Positions 39,193-52,977 of a DNA stretch of 64,000 nt are shown piece by piece (the first letter of the stretch is position 1; each line of letters begins with the position of its first letter). Location: positions 53,506,001-53,570,000 of the forward strand of contig NC_042999.1 of NCBI RefSeq assembly GCF_006345805.1, read 5' to 3'. A model generated the notes under the pieces. That model was not told the origin of the DNA, did no database searches, and saw only the letters and a program-made list of their open reading frames with translations. Made by a program: the position numbers and the translations under genes. Source of the stretch: Octopus sinensis (taxonomy: Eukaryota).

Positions 39193-39261
39193 AACAATCT
39201 AACAGAAAAATCTAATTCTTCAATTGTATTTAACACGGGCAACGCCGGGTAACTCTGCTAG
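39193..39261 (+). mobile_element. Helitron 3' terminus, probably of a non-autonomous element carrying the upstream minisatellites
   Basis: cacgggcaacgccggg hairpin + taactctgCTAG|T, similar to the end at 22245. Confidence 0.7.
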
Positions 39262-40627
39262 TATTCCTTATTTTTGCTTCTGGCGTCTTCCGCCTTTCTA
39301 TTCGAAACGTTTACCTGGGAATTTACTTAAAGTGAACTTAAATCGTATGCAACATATATGTCGTCTTAATAACATATTTCTGTGAACCAAGCCTTTAGGT
39401 ATAATTTTTAGCATAACGAATTTTCTGTTGAGGGTTTCATTTGCCTTCATTGCCTATTTGTTGCTTCAGTAGAAATTTAAGGATGCACAACGCACAAAAC
39501 GGAGAAAATAGAACCAATATGGACGACTTGTTCCGAAACACCCCCGAGTGAGGAACAGTGCTTATAATAACCCCCAATTGTTTTCCCCCAAAATTCATGT
39601 GTCCTCGGAATCTACATAGACCGAGATATATTCGAAGAGAATTTCATGAAAAATATCCATTTCCTTGAAAGTTAAGACGAATTGACGTGGACTCCGGTGA
39701 ATTTTCAGATATTCCCCACCCTTCACCCCTAAAACACTTACCCAGCCCCCAAAATTTTGTATATTCGGAATCTAGACGATATAACACATATTCGTAGCAA
39801 AGTTAATTTAAAATATCCATTTTTCTAAAAGTTATGATCATCCAAATTCGGTGGTGGGGTCATATATTTGTAGTTATGCCGACAAATTTGACACTTTTCT
39901 TCTAGGCATGGTTATATATGTACACAGAAATGCACGAATGCAGAAGATAGTAAACAATGGACATAACTGGGTAACGGAAATTATGTTTCTTAATACGATG
40001 GGCAGAAAATAAATAAGAAATTGTAACGGAAAAGAAAGTATTGAACGGGTTGAAGTGAAATTTGTCAGTATCGAAGGAACCAGAAAGAAACTGTCAACAA
40101 CAGAAAAAGCACAAAACCGAACGGATTGAATTGAAATTAATGAAGGTACTTCTGTCGGTAAATTATGAAATTACTTACATCAGTAATTGTGAACTTCTTT
40201 CTGTCTGTAAATTGTTGTTTGTTTGTAAATAGCGATTGAAAACTTCAACTTACAGTAAGAATAATAACATTGAAGGTAAACAATGGCGTATGAAAAATGA
40301 AAGTGAAAACAAGAGATGTAGATAGAGAGATATGTTACAGAGAGAGATGCGTAAAGAGATATGTTACGTCACTGACGCTAGATAACCAGAAGGAAATATT
40401 TAATAGACATTCGAAAACGTGAATGTAATATAAAAAGCAATATCTTTTTTATTTTTAATAATTGTAAATAAAAAAAAATCAAATGAACAGACTATTGTTT
40501 CTCCGAGGTTAAATTATTTATGCATCACAAGTATGAAAGCAATTGGTGAAACCGTTTCGCATAAAAAAGAGAATACGCACACATCTCTAATTTATATATT
40601 ATTATATTATTAGATAGATAGATAGAC

Positions 40628-40689
<62 letters not shown>

Positions 40690-41309
40690 ACAGATATATT
40701 CGTGTGTAGGTGTGTGTGCGTGTGTGTGCCTACGTGTGAATATTACTGGATGTTTGTCTCGAGATTGTGAATCATCGCCCTCATACAACAAGTGCCCCGC
40801 GCCTGCGGTCTCCCGTGAAAACATGTCCACCCAGTGAGTTAGTATTTCTAGTGTGGCTAGGTGATTCCCAACTTGTTTGAAAGTAGCTGCGTGTAGGTGA
40901 CAAGGAGATTATCCAGCCAACAAAACGTTTGAGTTCAGAAATTTCGTCTCACCCATGCATGAATCGGAGTTCAATCAACGATGATGATCCTCGTATATAA
41001 TTGTGATTTGAAATATCAACAGCAATATGTATTGAAATACATTTCATTATATCGACATGATGCAATCGAGATCCCCCGACATGTTATAACAAGGTCAAAA
41101 AGGTTAAGTAAAAAAAGTTTCGAAGTCAGCCACTAAAGTTTGCATTTCCGTAAAGTCTAACTTATTGACCAACAGAACACTTAATGGACAGTCATTTGGG
41201 CCAAAACACATTGATGAGGTGAAAGCAATTACCTAGATATTAGTTGCAGACAGATTTCATCAGCAGAAACTGACTACGGATGATGGGTTCTTCTATGAAA
41301 TATTTCACT

Positions 41310-41600
41310 CACCTGTACGACACTCAATGGAGATTATTTGAGAACGGAGTGGCGTGAACGACGTGTTCATAAAATAATGAATGCACAAGTTCTGCTGGGC
41401 TGGGCATGTCTCAGGTATACAGACAACAGGCGGACCTGTACAGTAGCCAAGTGGTATGGAAGAGATTGGAAGAGGCCATTTGAAAGGCTTCCACGATGAT
41501 GGAAAGACGATCATTTGGATTAAGATGGAAAAGAATGATGTAATGAAGATAAATGGAGGTGCAGTGTAATCAACGGTGTATAACGGCTTGCGATGGTCTG
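41310..41600 (+). pseudogene. RTE-clade LINE C-terminal fragment
   Basis: ERSGVNDV..KFCWAGHVS, then TDNR..VAKWYGRDWKRP..LPR*WKDD. Confidence 0.7.
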
Positions 41601-42587
41601 GTCGATACTGCGGTACTGTGATCCATAAAACTCAAGTGGATCCGGCTTCAACTACATAAAACATTCCAAAATATTTTGCCAACAAACATCAAAGGGACAA
41701 AGAATCATAATCTTCTAGCATCATCAGTGGATATTCCACGGAAAATACGAAACTTTTTAGTTGGTTGTGCGTTTATGTAAAACCATAAAAATTAATAATC
41801 CTTCGTAAATTGTAAATTCTACATTATTTCCAGCTAAAACAATTTTCAGGTCTTCCGGATAGGGCTATAACTGAGAGAACATGACTTTCCCATTCTCTTA
41901 GCTGTTCCGAGGTTCATTTATAAATCTAAGAGCTTCACAACGATTACAGAGACTATATTCAGGTTATCACGGTTGTAATTTTCAATCATATGCTTACAGC
42001 TTTTCTCTTCATTTTTTTTTTCTCATTTTCGTTTTATATCCTCTGTTGACCATATTCCTTTATCTGCTATAAATACTCATTCAATACCCTTTGATTCCTA
42101 TTTTCCCTTCGACACGCTGAGGCTTCCATGCTTATTCTAATGATTCGACCCTTTGCTTCTCTTTACAGTCTCATTCTTTCTCTTGATAGCTTACATCGTC
42201 TATCATTCATATTTTATGAACAAATTGTCAAGTGCATGAGTTAAGTGATAGGTGATATAAAAAAAAAAATACAATTTTCATTAACCACTCACCGCATTCA
42301 CCTCAACAGCCATCAACATCACTACCATCACCACCATCACCACTACCACCAACATCGCCGTTATAGTTTTCAGTAACAAAGCTCTATCAAAGTTGTTTGC
42401 GAACAAAGATTATTTCATTTAATTTCAGTTCATTTTTTTCTTCTTCTTGTCAATACAAAGTTCGAAAAATAAATTTTTACACGTTTTTAACGGCAATTTT
42501 GCTTAGCTATTCTACTTTCAGCAAAAAATATATTTTCCCGTCCATGATAAGTTTATTACTATTATTAATATTATTATGATTATCATT

Positions 42588-43099
42588 GCCTTTGCACAGC
42601 TTCTAATGCTGAAGATGTACTACAGTGTCAGCTGTTCACTACCAGTGAACTAAGGTAACACCTCTTATGTTTGGAGCACATTCCGGAGTATTCCAGCGGT
42701 TCCAAGCAGTGCTGTTTTCTGCAAGTGCACCACCCTTATTGCAGCCCCTACTTGTTCCACGTACTTCTCAAGATTTTTACTCACTGTTCCCAAGGTTCCG
42801 ACAATTATAGGTACTACTGCTACCTTTTTCATCGACCACAGCTACTGAACCTCCCAAGCTAACCTGTCATATCCCTCAACGTTTCTTTCTTCCTTATTGC
42901 ATACCTTGTTGTTAGCTGGCCCTGCTATGTCTATGATCCAGCATAGTTTGTTTTCTTTCTCAATTAAGACTATGTCTGGCTTCCTATTCTCTAACTCATG
43001 GTCGCACTGAATCATAACATCCCATAGTATCTTTGCATTATCATTTTCGATGATGCCTTCTGGTTTGTGGTTGTACCAAATTTTTGCTCTGTCAAGTCT
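42588..43099 (-). mobile_element. R4/Dong-like 3' fragment, different subfamily
   Basis: WYNHKPE..ILWDVMIQCDH..RKPDIV..IIDIAGP..VPIIVGTLG..LQKTALLGTAGILR; (TAA)n on both sides. Confidence 0.85.
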
Positions 43100-43121
43100 A
43101 TTATTATTATTATTATTATCA

Positions 43122-43159
<38 letters not shown>

Positions 43160-43671
43160 GAGTGAGAGAGCAATGCATGCCATCAAAGTGACACTGGGGT
43201 AAAATATACGAAACTCAGTATACCCATCATGACTACCCGTCTGATAGGGGTGCACTAGGCACATGAATCACAACCATATGCGCGCAACATGGTGATCTCA
43301 TATCAAGATAAACAGCACATGACCTTTCAGGTGGGGCCTAGTAAGAATTTTCTTCTGAGTTTCGAGTAACCCATCCCGCTCAAAAGGTCCCTGAATAAGG
43401 GTTGTTTAAGGATGTTGAACGAAACACCCGTATTTCCAGAGGTGAATTATCCAAGCCCCAAAGAATCCCTCTCAACACATGGCTATGATGCTCCCCTACT
43501 ACTTCTGGTCATGATCAGCCACCACTGAGGGACATGCTCAACTGGTTAAGGTCAAGAACCACTGACAAGCAAATCAGTGGTATTGAGCAAAATATTTGCT
43601 GTAGCCCATCTTTTATACCAAGACAAAGCAATGTACATGATAACACTTCCAATCAGTTAAGATCAGAAGCC
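43160..43671 (-). mobile_element. Unclassified insert of about 510 bp embedded in (TAA)n, possibly the 3' end of another retroelement
   Basis: Complex sequence bounded by (ATT)n on both sides within an array of Dong-like ends; no protein motif recognised; strand is inferred. Confidence 0.4.
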
Positions 43672-43699
43672 ATTATTATTATTATTATTATCATTTTTA

Positions 43700-43900
43700 T
43701 TTTTTTTTCTTCTTTCAAATTTGCTTCCATTTCTTGCCGAGTGTCTTCCCGACTCCTAGGGCAAAGAAACTCATAGTATACATTGGTAGGCCATTAAACC
43801 AACTCAGTAGTTCGTTCATTTTTTTTTTTTTTTTTTTAAGTTAAATTAAAATACATGAGCAGCAACAGTTCTCACATCGACAATGCTCTTCTCAATACGT
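43700..43900 (-). mobile_element. 200-bp 3'-end copy of the adjacent R4/Dong-like element
   Basis: Near-identical to about 44050-44253. Confidence 0.9.
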
Positions 43901-43982
43901 GTGATTTATTATCATTATTATCATCACTATTATTATCATTTTATTATTATTATTATTACTATTATTATTATTATTATTATTA

Positions 43983-44048
<66 letters not shown>

Positions 44049-44049
<1 letters not shown>

Positions 44050-47000
44050 TTTTTTTTTCTTCTTTCAAATTTTCTTCCATTTCTTGCCGAGTGTCTTCCC
44101 GACTCCTAGGGCAAAGAAACTCATAGTGTATATTGGTAGGCCATTAAACCAAACTCAGTAGTTCGTTCATTTTTTTTTTTTTTTTTAAGTTAAATTAAAA
44201 TACATGAGCAGCAACAGTTCTCACATCGACAATGCTCTTCTCAATACGTGTGATGTACCAGTTAAGACAATCTTTTGCACTTCTTGCAGGGATGGTAAGC
44301 CAGGGATCATTCTCATATAATTTTCGGTTCCCTTCTTGATCATTCCTAGTGCTCCTACGATCACTGGTATTGTAACCGCCTTGAGATGCCACATTTTCTC
44401 AATTTCAATGAGTAGGTCTTTATATTTTCTGAGCTTGTCAAACTCTTTCGCTGAGATATTATGATCACAGGGGATGCTCATGTCGATCAATAAGCAAACT
44501 TTATTGTTTTGGTCTTTCACAACAATATCTGGTTTATTGGCCTTGATGGTTCGGTCTGTATGTACTGGAAAGTCCCACAGAATGGTTACATTTTCTCTTT
44601 CAGTTACAGCCTCAGGGTGGTGATTATACCACTTGTCGGCAGTTTTGATATTGTAATGCCGACTTATTAGCCAGTGGAGATATTGGCCAACTCTGTCATG
44701 TCTTAATTTATACTCCACTGGTGCTAAGACTTTACATCCAGAGATTAGGTGGTCCACTGTTTCAATCATGTCGTTGCAGAATGGGCATTTTGGGTCTGCT
44801 CCATTTTTCATCACATTGGCCTGGTAGTTCCGGGTTGATAGGCTTTGGTCTTGAGCAGCCAGGATGAAACCTTCGCTCTCTGCTTTTAGCCCTGAGCTCC
44901 GCAGCCACTGATGGGTTTGTTTCTGGTCAACATCAGCTTGTTTGCTGCGGGTCACATATTTGCCGTGCAGAGGTTTCTCCTCCCACCTATCAGCCAATTG
45001 CTCGTGCGCTTTTTTCATTGCCATCATTTTCACCTTCTTTGCAACAATAGTTGCCGTACTTCCCTCGGGTTGTTCAGTTTGGGTATCCTGCACGAGATCA
45101 ATAGCAAATTTTTTGCTTTCCTTGATGATAGAATGAAGCTTCTTTCGTCTCTCGTGATTTTCCACGAGCTTTAGCATCCAGTCATTCGATATTTCGAGAT
45201 ATTTGGCCAGTCCAATTGTGGTTGTTTTGTAAGCTAGTTCAAATTGGATCAGGCCTCGACCTCCTTGGGCTCTGGGAAGGTAAAGGCGATCTACGTCTGC
45301 CTTTGGGTGGTGCATCCTATTACAACTCAGCAGCTTGCGTATTTTTCTATCTATATTCTTTACTTCACTCATATTCCAGTTCAACACATTGTAGGTATAA
45401 GTAACAACTGGAACTGCTAGGAAATTTATAGCTAACACCTTGTTACGTGCATTTAGTTCAGATTTCAGGACTGCACGAACTCTCCTATAACATTCCTTCC
45501 TGATTTTCTCTTTCATGCTTGCATGCTGAATACCAGAGCCTTCATTTATCCCTAAATATTTGTATGTTTGTTCTTGCTCAAGCTCTCTTATGACTGTGTC
45601 AACATCTAACATGACTGAATTTGTGGTCTTCACTTTCCCTTTCTGGAAAGTGGCCTTGGCACACTTCTCAAGTCCAAACTCCATCCCGATGTCATCGCTG
45701 AATGCTTTCACGGTGCGCAATAGGCCTTCAAGTTCATTATTGTCTTTACCATAAAGTTTTAAGTCATCCATATAAAATAGATGGCTTACTTTTTTATTGG
45801 CAATTTTATACCCATACCCTGTTCTGTTTAATTCACTTGTAAGGGGTATTAGGGCTATGCAGAATATTAAAGGTGAAAGTGAGTCACCTTGAAAAATTAC
45901 ACAGTTGATGTTTATATTTTCTGAGGCAAGTACTCCATTAGAGTGGTATAATTGGAGATTCGTATTCCACAACGACATATTGTGCTTCAGGAAGTTTGAA
46001 ATCACGGGGTAAATTTTGAAGATGTCCAGCGATCTCAAGATCCATGGATGCGGTATACTGTCGAAGGCCTTTTTATAGTCAATCCATGCGGTGCTGAGAT
46101 TTCTGCGCTTGTTGTGACAGTTCTCAAGGATCATACGATTGATTAGCAGTTGATCTTTGCATCCGTAAGAGCCTCGGCGGCACCCTTTTTGTTCAATGGG
46201 GAAAATATCGTTCTTCTCTATGAATGCATATGTTTTCTCCGCCAGGATAGATGTTAAGATTTTATACGTGGTGGATAGACAGGTTATAGGCCGATAGTTT
46301 TTTGGAAGGTTGGTTTCGTTATTCTTTGGGAGTAGGTAAGTAATGCCACTTGCTAACCATTCAGGTGTTTTCTTTGGGTCTCTCATAATTCCATTGAGCA
46401 GCTGAACTAGCTTACCGTGTGCGCACGGGAGCGATGCGAGCCAGAAATTCGGCACCCTATCTTTACCGGGGGATTTCCAATTATGGGCCTTCGTGAGTGC
46501 CTTTCTTAGGTCTGCTATTGTGATGTCTTCCCATGCTTATTGCTGTAAATTTTGGTAGGATCCTTCAGTTTGTATAATCCAGTCTGCATTTATGTTGTAC
46601 GTCTTCTTGTCACTCCAAATCCTTTTCCAAAAGTTTTGAACTTCTTCCATGGGAGGGGGGTCTTTAACGGTTACTTTCTCCTTCCCTATTTCTCTGTAGA
46701 ATTTTTTGGCATTGGATGTGAACAGCTTATTTTGCTTGTAAAACTTGTTTCTCTTCTCAAATCTTCGTATTCTTTGGGCTTTTGCTTGGACTTTTGTTTC
46801 AGCGTTTCTTTTATTGATATCAGTTCTTCTCTTGGTGAGGATCCAAATTTTCTCTTCATCTTTCTTCCTGTTCTGGATCTTACATCATTTCCACATATTA
46901 GTTAATTTAATATTGATATTTCCCCTCTCATAAATTCAATCTCTTTTTCAATTTTACTTCTCCAGGTTTGATTTCTTCCCAGGTTTTGTTTTCTTTGTTT

Positions 47001-47870
47001 TTTCGGGGGCATACAGCTGGTTTCAATTGCCCTAGCAGAAGCGTAAATAATTTCATTTAACTCAGTAAAATCAGGTTTTAATTCTCGTATTATTTCATTT
47101 GTTACATAGTTGCCAATTTGGATTTGTTTTTTATTTTGGTTTGTATTTGAGAGTTTATGAAGCGGTTCTCTATCATTCATACTTGTATGTCTTACAACTT
47201 CAAGCGTATTCAGGATTTTCTGCCTCATTTCTGCCATAGACTCTCTGTGTTCTTCAGCAAATGCGAGATCTTCAGTTACTGTTGTTTTTTCGTTTTCCTG
47301 GCTATCTTTAACAGGTACAATAGAATTTCTTGTATCTTCAGGCCTTTGCGTACTTTGGTCAGATGGCAGTCTTTCAATTAAGCCTCGTGGCGGGCTATAC
47401 TGTTCATCTGATTCTTCATTTCCTTTGTGTCTTATATTTATGTCATTTTCCGTTGCGTGCTTGATCGCGCTTATTTCACTGTCTGTGAGTCTGTTATTTC
47501 TAAAGATATCCCTCCTCACATTTGCTAATTTGTTCTCGTCCAAATAGGGCCTACTGTCTTGATTCCGTGTTCTCCATATACTGTAAGAGTTTGCGGTGTG
47601 TCTCTCTTGAGATGGCCTACCTAATGCATAGTAATAAGCGTATATTACTTCTTTATACTCTTCTCGGGTCCATTTGTTCCGCTTACATTTTTCTTTCTGT
47701 GGTGGTTGTGGTGGTGAACTTGGAGGGCTCGAGTTGGGGGATTTCCCGTTCAAGTGACCATCCATGTCCGTATTAGGAGAAGAGTTTGTGCCAGTTGATG
47801 ACTTTTCGATCCCAGGCTGGCTCTTCCCTGGGGGACGCGCTTCCAGATTAACCATAGGACAAGCGATTTG
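44049..47870 (-). mobile_element. Near full-length R4/Dong-like non-LTR retrotransposon; 5' boundary uncertain
   Basis: Single long ORF layout N-terminus, RT, CCHC, restriction-like endonuclease; 3' UTR ends in an A-rich run and (TAA)n. Confidence 0.92.
44221..47854 (-). pseudogene. Dong-like polyprotein with one frameshift (about 46900) and one premature stop (about 46538); RT-RLE part 44221-46455 is open
   Basis: RNKWTREEYKEVIYAYY; WKSPGKD; YRPITCL; IDYKKAFDS; FQGDSLSP; LFYMDDLKL; CPFC..ETVDHLISGC; RHD; KPDIVV; LIDMSIP; KLRKYKDL. Confidence 0.92.
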
Positions 47871-48353
47871 GTATACTAATTTAGTTTTCCTTTTAGTTTC
47901 CAAAAACATTTTGCTGCTACGATAATGTTATCATTTTTTAGCTTTGATTGGCTCGTGGGGAGACGGCCATCATTGCCGTTACAATTATAATCGTACCATT
48001 ATAGCAGCCGTAGTCGGCTTATTATTGTTATTATCATCACCATTACCATCACTATCATCATTATCACCACCATTACCATCATCATTATTATCATCACCAT
48101 CACCATCACCACCATCATCATCAATGATATTGTTTTATGTGTAGTCACAGCAGTATCTTATTATTGTTATTTTTGTTTTTTTTATCATTATCACCATCAC
48201 AGCAGTGTCTGTCTGTCTCGTTGGCTGGCTTGATGGTTGGCTGGCTGACTGTCTTTTTTTATTTATTTATTTTTTTTTTTTACTTTAGGTGCGGTCCTAT
48301 CGGTCAAAAAAAAGTTCAGATGTTTACTACTATTAGGCTTAAGAAAAATTAAG

Positions 48354-49243
48354 GAAGGGCTGTTCTGTATTGTCTGTGAATAGAGAAGTTGTGTTCGACC
48401 AGAGAGAATCGTAGCATCATCATTTTTTTTTTTTTTTCCACGTGCGTTTGTGTTATTGCAATAAAAAGTGTTTGTATATTTCCTGTAAGGTAATATTGTG
48501 GAGGTTGAAGACTTTTCTAGAGATGTTTGTATGTCCAGTTAGAAGAACAGGTGTGTTTTTACAATAAAAAGTATATGTTTACATTTATATTTGAATATTC
48601 AGGGAGGAAGCAAAGAAAAGTCAGATTTTCATAGAAAGTTTTAGGGTTTTGTAAGTCCACAAAAAGAAAAAAAGAAAAGCGTGATGTTTTTAGAGAGAAG
48701 AAAAAATAAAGGATGTTTACAGAGGCAATTGTGGGTATCAAAGTTTTTAAAGCTGGTCGAATGTATGATTGAAAACTGTAGATATGTAAATTTGTAAATT
48801 TTCTTAACTTATTTTGAAGGGCTGTTCTGTATTATTTGTGAATAGAGAAGCTGTGTTCGACCAGAGAGAATCTTAGCATCATTATTTTTTTCCATGTGCG
48901 TTTGTGTTATTGCAATAAAAAGTGTTTGTATATTTTGTGCAAGGTAATATTGTGGAGGTTGAAGTTGACCCCTCTAGAGATGTTTGTATGTCCAGTTAGA
49001 AGAACAGGTGTGTTTTGCAATAAAGAGTATATGTTTACATTTATATTTGAATATTCTGGGAGGAAGCAAAGAAAAGTCAGATTTTCATAGAAAGTTTTAG
49101 GGTTTTGCAAGTCCACAAAAAGAAAAGCGTGATGTTTTTAGAGAGAAGAAAAAAAAGGGTGCTTACAGAGGCAGTTGTGGGTATTAAAGTTTTTAAAGCC
49201 GATCGGATGTATGTTTGAAAGTTGCAGATATGTAAATTTGTAA

Positions 49244-49246
<3 letters not shown>
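48354..49246. repeat. Tandem duplication of a unit of about 440-460 bp
   Basis: gaagggctgttctgtatt...gatatgtaaatttgtaaattt at about 48355-48800 and 48816-49247, diverged. Confidence 0.9.
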
Positions 49247-49317
<71 letters not shown>

Positions 49318-49711
49318 CTTCTCCTGTCCACCCGTCAATGTATTTGGTGTGGATAGAAAAATAAATAGATCGACAAGTAAAAGATATAAAAAGAAAAATA
49401 TATGTTACACCATTATTTTCTTGTCAGTCACAATAACATACGATGTTTGAAATTTCCCTCTGACAAACCCTTGCTCTTTCACCCTTGGTCTTTCTTTTTT
49501 CTTTCTTTCTTTCTTTCTTCCCGTCTCTCAACATCAAAATTTAGCAACTATTTAATCATGTCATTGCCCTGTTACTGTTATTATCATTTCACTACTTCTC
49601 TTCACCTCTTACTTCCAATAACCACATGACAGTTTCACTATTCTCTCCCTTTTCTCCTCCCTCTCGCTCTCTTTTTCTCTGTCAGTCTGTTTCTCACTTC
49701 CTCTCTCTCTT

Positions 49712-49755
<44 letters not shown>

Positions 49756-50989
49756 TTTAACCTCACCACCAAAACATCAACCCTCCTCTAAGCATTGTAT
49801 TCGTAACTCTCCATATATCACTCCCTTCAACTCTCATTTTAACATCGTAATAAATATCATGTTCCTTCCTCTTCCTCACCTCGTTGACACTTTTCTCTCC
49901 CCCTTTTTTCTCTCCCTTTTTCCTTTCTCTCTCTCTTTCTATCTCGCTCTTCGCCTTTCACTTCAACCAATCACGTGACAGCGTAGCGCATCTCAGCCTT
50001 AGATTATTAACGGTAAATAAACAGGAAATCTCAAGAGAGAAATGATCCAAGCTAAAATCCAACAACCTTATAACAGACCTGGATTAAATCATAATAGCAA
50101 ACCTAATTCTAGCTGCATAGTACCAATGCCTAACCACAAATATTTACAAAGATTATTTGTCATAACGAGGATAACAATAAATGATCTGAGACAAGTGACT
50201 CCATATAATTATTAACATCAGCGGACATGTCTGCCAATATAATTTAACGTGGAAATGGATGAGTGATATAAACACGATCTAATACAGTACTCAGCACCAT
50301 TCTGAGAAGAATCCTCCATGTCTTGCTAGTCCTATGTTTTATCCATAAGAAGGCGAACTTACAACGTTACTAGAATGTAAGATATATGGTCTGAAGGAGA
50401 AAAGATTATCAATAATAACTGGAGCACAAGGCATCATTGTTTTACGTGGGACTGTAACTTACGAATAAAATAACAATAAGAACAAGATTTTGTCTTGGAT
50501 TATCGTCCCTCAATTTCTTGTTAGGTGGTCTCTTTGCTTCTGGTCATCTTCCTGTTCGTTTGCTCCTGAAACCGAGAATGAGACGGTTTTCTCGTTGTTT
50601 CCCGAATCACGACCCGTAATATAATGAGAGAACAGGAAGTATGTCTGTTCTTTTATTATAGATACTTTATGCATTCACCTCTTCCCTACGTTTCAACCTT
50701 CTCACGACAGAGTACATATATGGCGCGGTTGTATTCTTTTGGGATTTCCGATGGTGACAACAAATCGTTTCTACCTTCCACCGCATTCACTATATGCCGG
50801 CGTAGTGCCTCAACAAAATGCATGTCAACGTAACCACTAAGAATGTTTTGGTTCTGCTCATTGTATTTAGTCAACCCATTCAATGCGGCACAAATTTGTG
50901 GAAAGTGTGAATTACTCGGCCAGCCATCTCGCTTTGTCCCGAGACTTATATGACTCCTCTTATATGTCTTCTGAGACAGATATATATAT

Positions 50990-51023
<34 letters not shown>

Positions 51024-51332
51024 CTTCAGCTGACAGAAACTACATCATTCTACACCTTGTACATGGTATTCTTGAACTGTCCATGTGACAACAATTGTAA
51101 AACCCTGGTCTCTTTCATGAAGTACAGGATATTTTCTTCGAGGAATGATGCACCTACATTAGTAACGAAACACTGCCAATTTGCGTTCATTTCTCCGGAA
51201 ACTTATTCCCGTCAACACTTCTTTTGGGAGAATAATACTATCGAAAGAGATTTATTAACGATAATATTTCAGTCTGTATCATGTAAATTACAGATTTCAC
51301 TGGCTGATATTGCGTTATTTTACTTATTTGAC

Positions 51333-51438
<106 letters not shown>

Positions 51439-52761
51439 CCTCTTAAACTGAATCTAGTTTTATTGTTTTGTATTCTTTTAAGTTCATATTTATTTTTTTA
51501 CTTAGTTGCCTTGCCTGCTGCTTTAGCACGAAGAGCCATGTTGAAAAGCAAATGTAAACACAAGAAACTGTATTAAAAATATGTCTAAAACAGACATTTC
51601 ACCCCAGGTATTGGTAATGATTCAACACATTCATATGTTTTGCAGTTTGGAAATAATCAGAGAAAGCAAAATAAGCTTTCATTCGAAAAATGTTGCAAAA
51701 AATTTAATTCTATTGGAGGTTTCTAAAAACGTGACCGTTTAGCATAAAAGACTTGAACAGCGACGACCCACGACGATGAGGCTGAAGATGGTTATGGTAA
51801 CAACAACAACAGCAACAACAGCGAGAGTAATAATAATCTTATACTATAATAAGAGACGCGTCCGTCCGTCTGTCCGAAGCGATTAGTAACTAGATAGAGG
51901 AAAAGAAGAGTTAGAGAGAGAGGGGGAGGTAGAGAAGTAGATTTGAGAAGAGGAGGGAGAGAGAAGCAGGAGAGACAGAGAGACATGCACAAAGAGAGAT
52001 AGAGAGAGAAAGAACATGCGTATGTAAAAGGAATGCCTGTCCGAAGCATCTCTGTAAATAAAATACAAATATTGCCATGCATGGCCGCGTCTGTCCAAAG
52101 TCATCAGTAATAAGATAGAACCGTGATTCCCAACGTGGGGCATGGTAATATTTTGGTGAGGCAAGCGTAGGGTTATGTTGTATTTATACTTTTTGTACAC
52201 AATGTTTAGTATACCAATGGATAAAGGGGGCAATTCGAGAATGCGTTATTAAAAAAAAATCTTTACATCCCTTCTGTGGACAATTTATCAAATTTTGGAC
52301 ACTTTAGAGACAATGTGTGTGTGTGTGTGTGTGCGTTTGTGTGTCCATGCGTGCGTGCATGCGTGTATGTAGTATAGTACTAGTCAGTAGTGAAAGCAAT
52401 ACGATCTTAATTCCCTGTGGAGAAATAAACTGGAGATTTATGTGTGCGGGTTTGTCTAAAAGTATTGAGTCTTTTATCTCTGGTGACAAAAATCTAGGCA
52501 AGAGAATAACTGCCACAAGAACAACGTGAGCAGAGTTTAGAACAAGATGCAGCTCAACACAGAAGACATCGGCAAATCAAAATGTGGTGCTGCAGAATAT
52601 GGCAATAAATGGTGTTGGAGTGAGGGATGAAAGAATTGAATGGTGTAAAATGGGTTGAAATGGGGGTGAAGTAAGGGATAGAGAAAGAGGCAGAGAGAGA
52701 GTGACAGACAGACAGACAGACATACAGATAGATAGACAGAGATGTACAGAGACAGACAGAC

Positions 52762-52819
<58 letters not shown>

Positions 52820-52867
52820 GTAGATAGGTAGGTAGGTAGCTAGATAGATAGATAGATAGATAGAAAT

Positions 52868-52900
<33 letters not shown>

Positions 52901-52929
52901 GATTTATGATACTGGTGACGCACACACAC

Positions 52930-52977
<48 letters not shown>

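Noticed and set aside
50624-50950. Non-repetitive short ORFs as possible host exons
   Set aside because: No recognisable domain, flanked by stops, no convincing splice context; more likely decayed element sequence.
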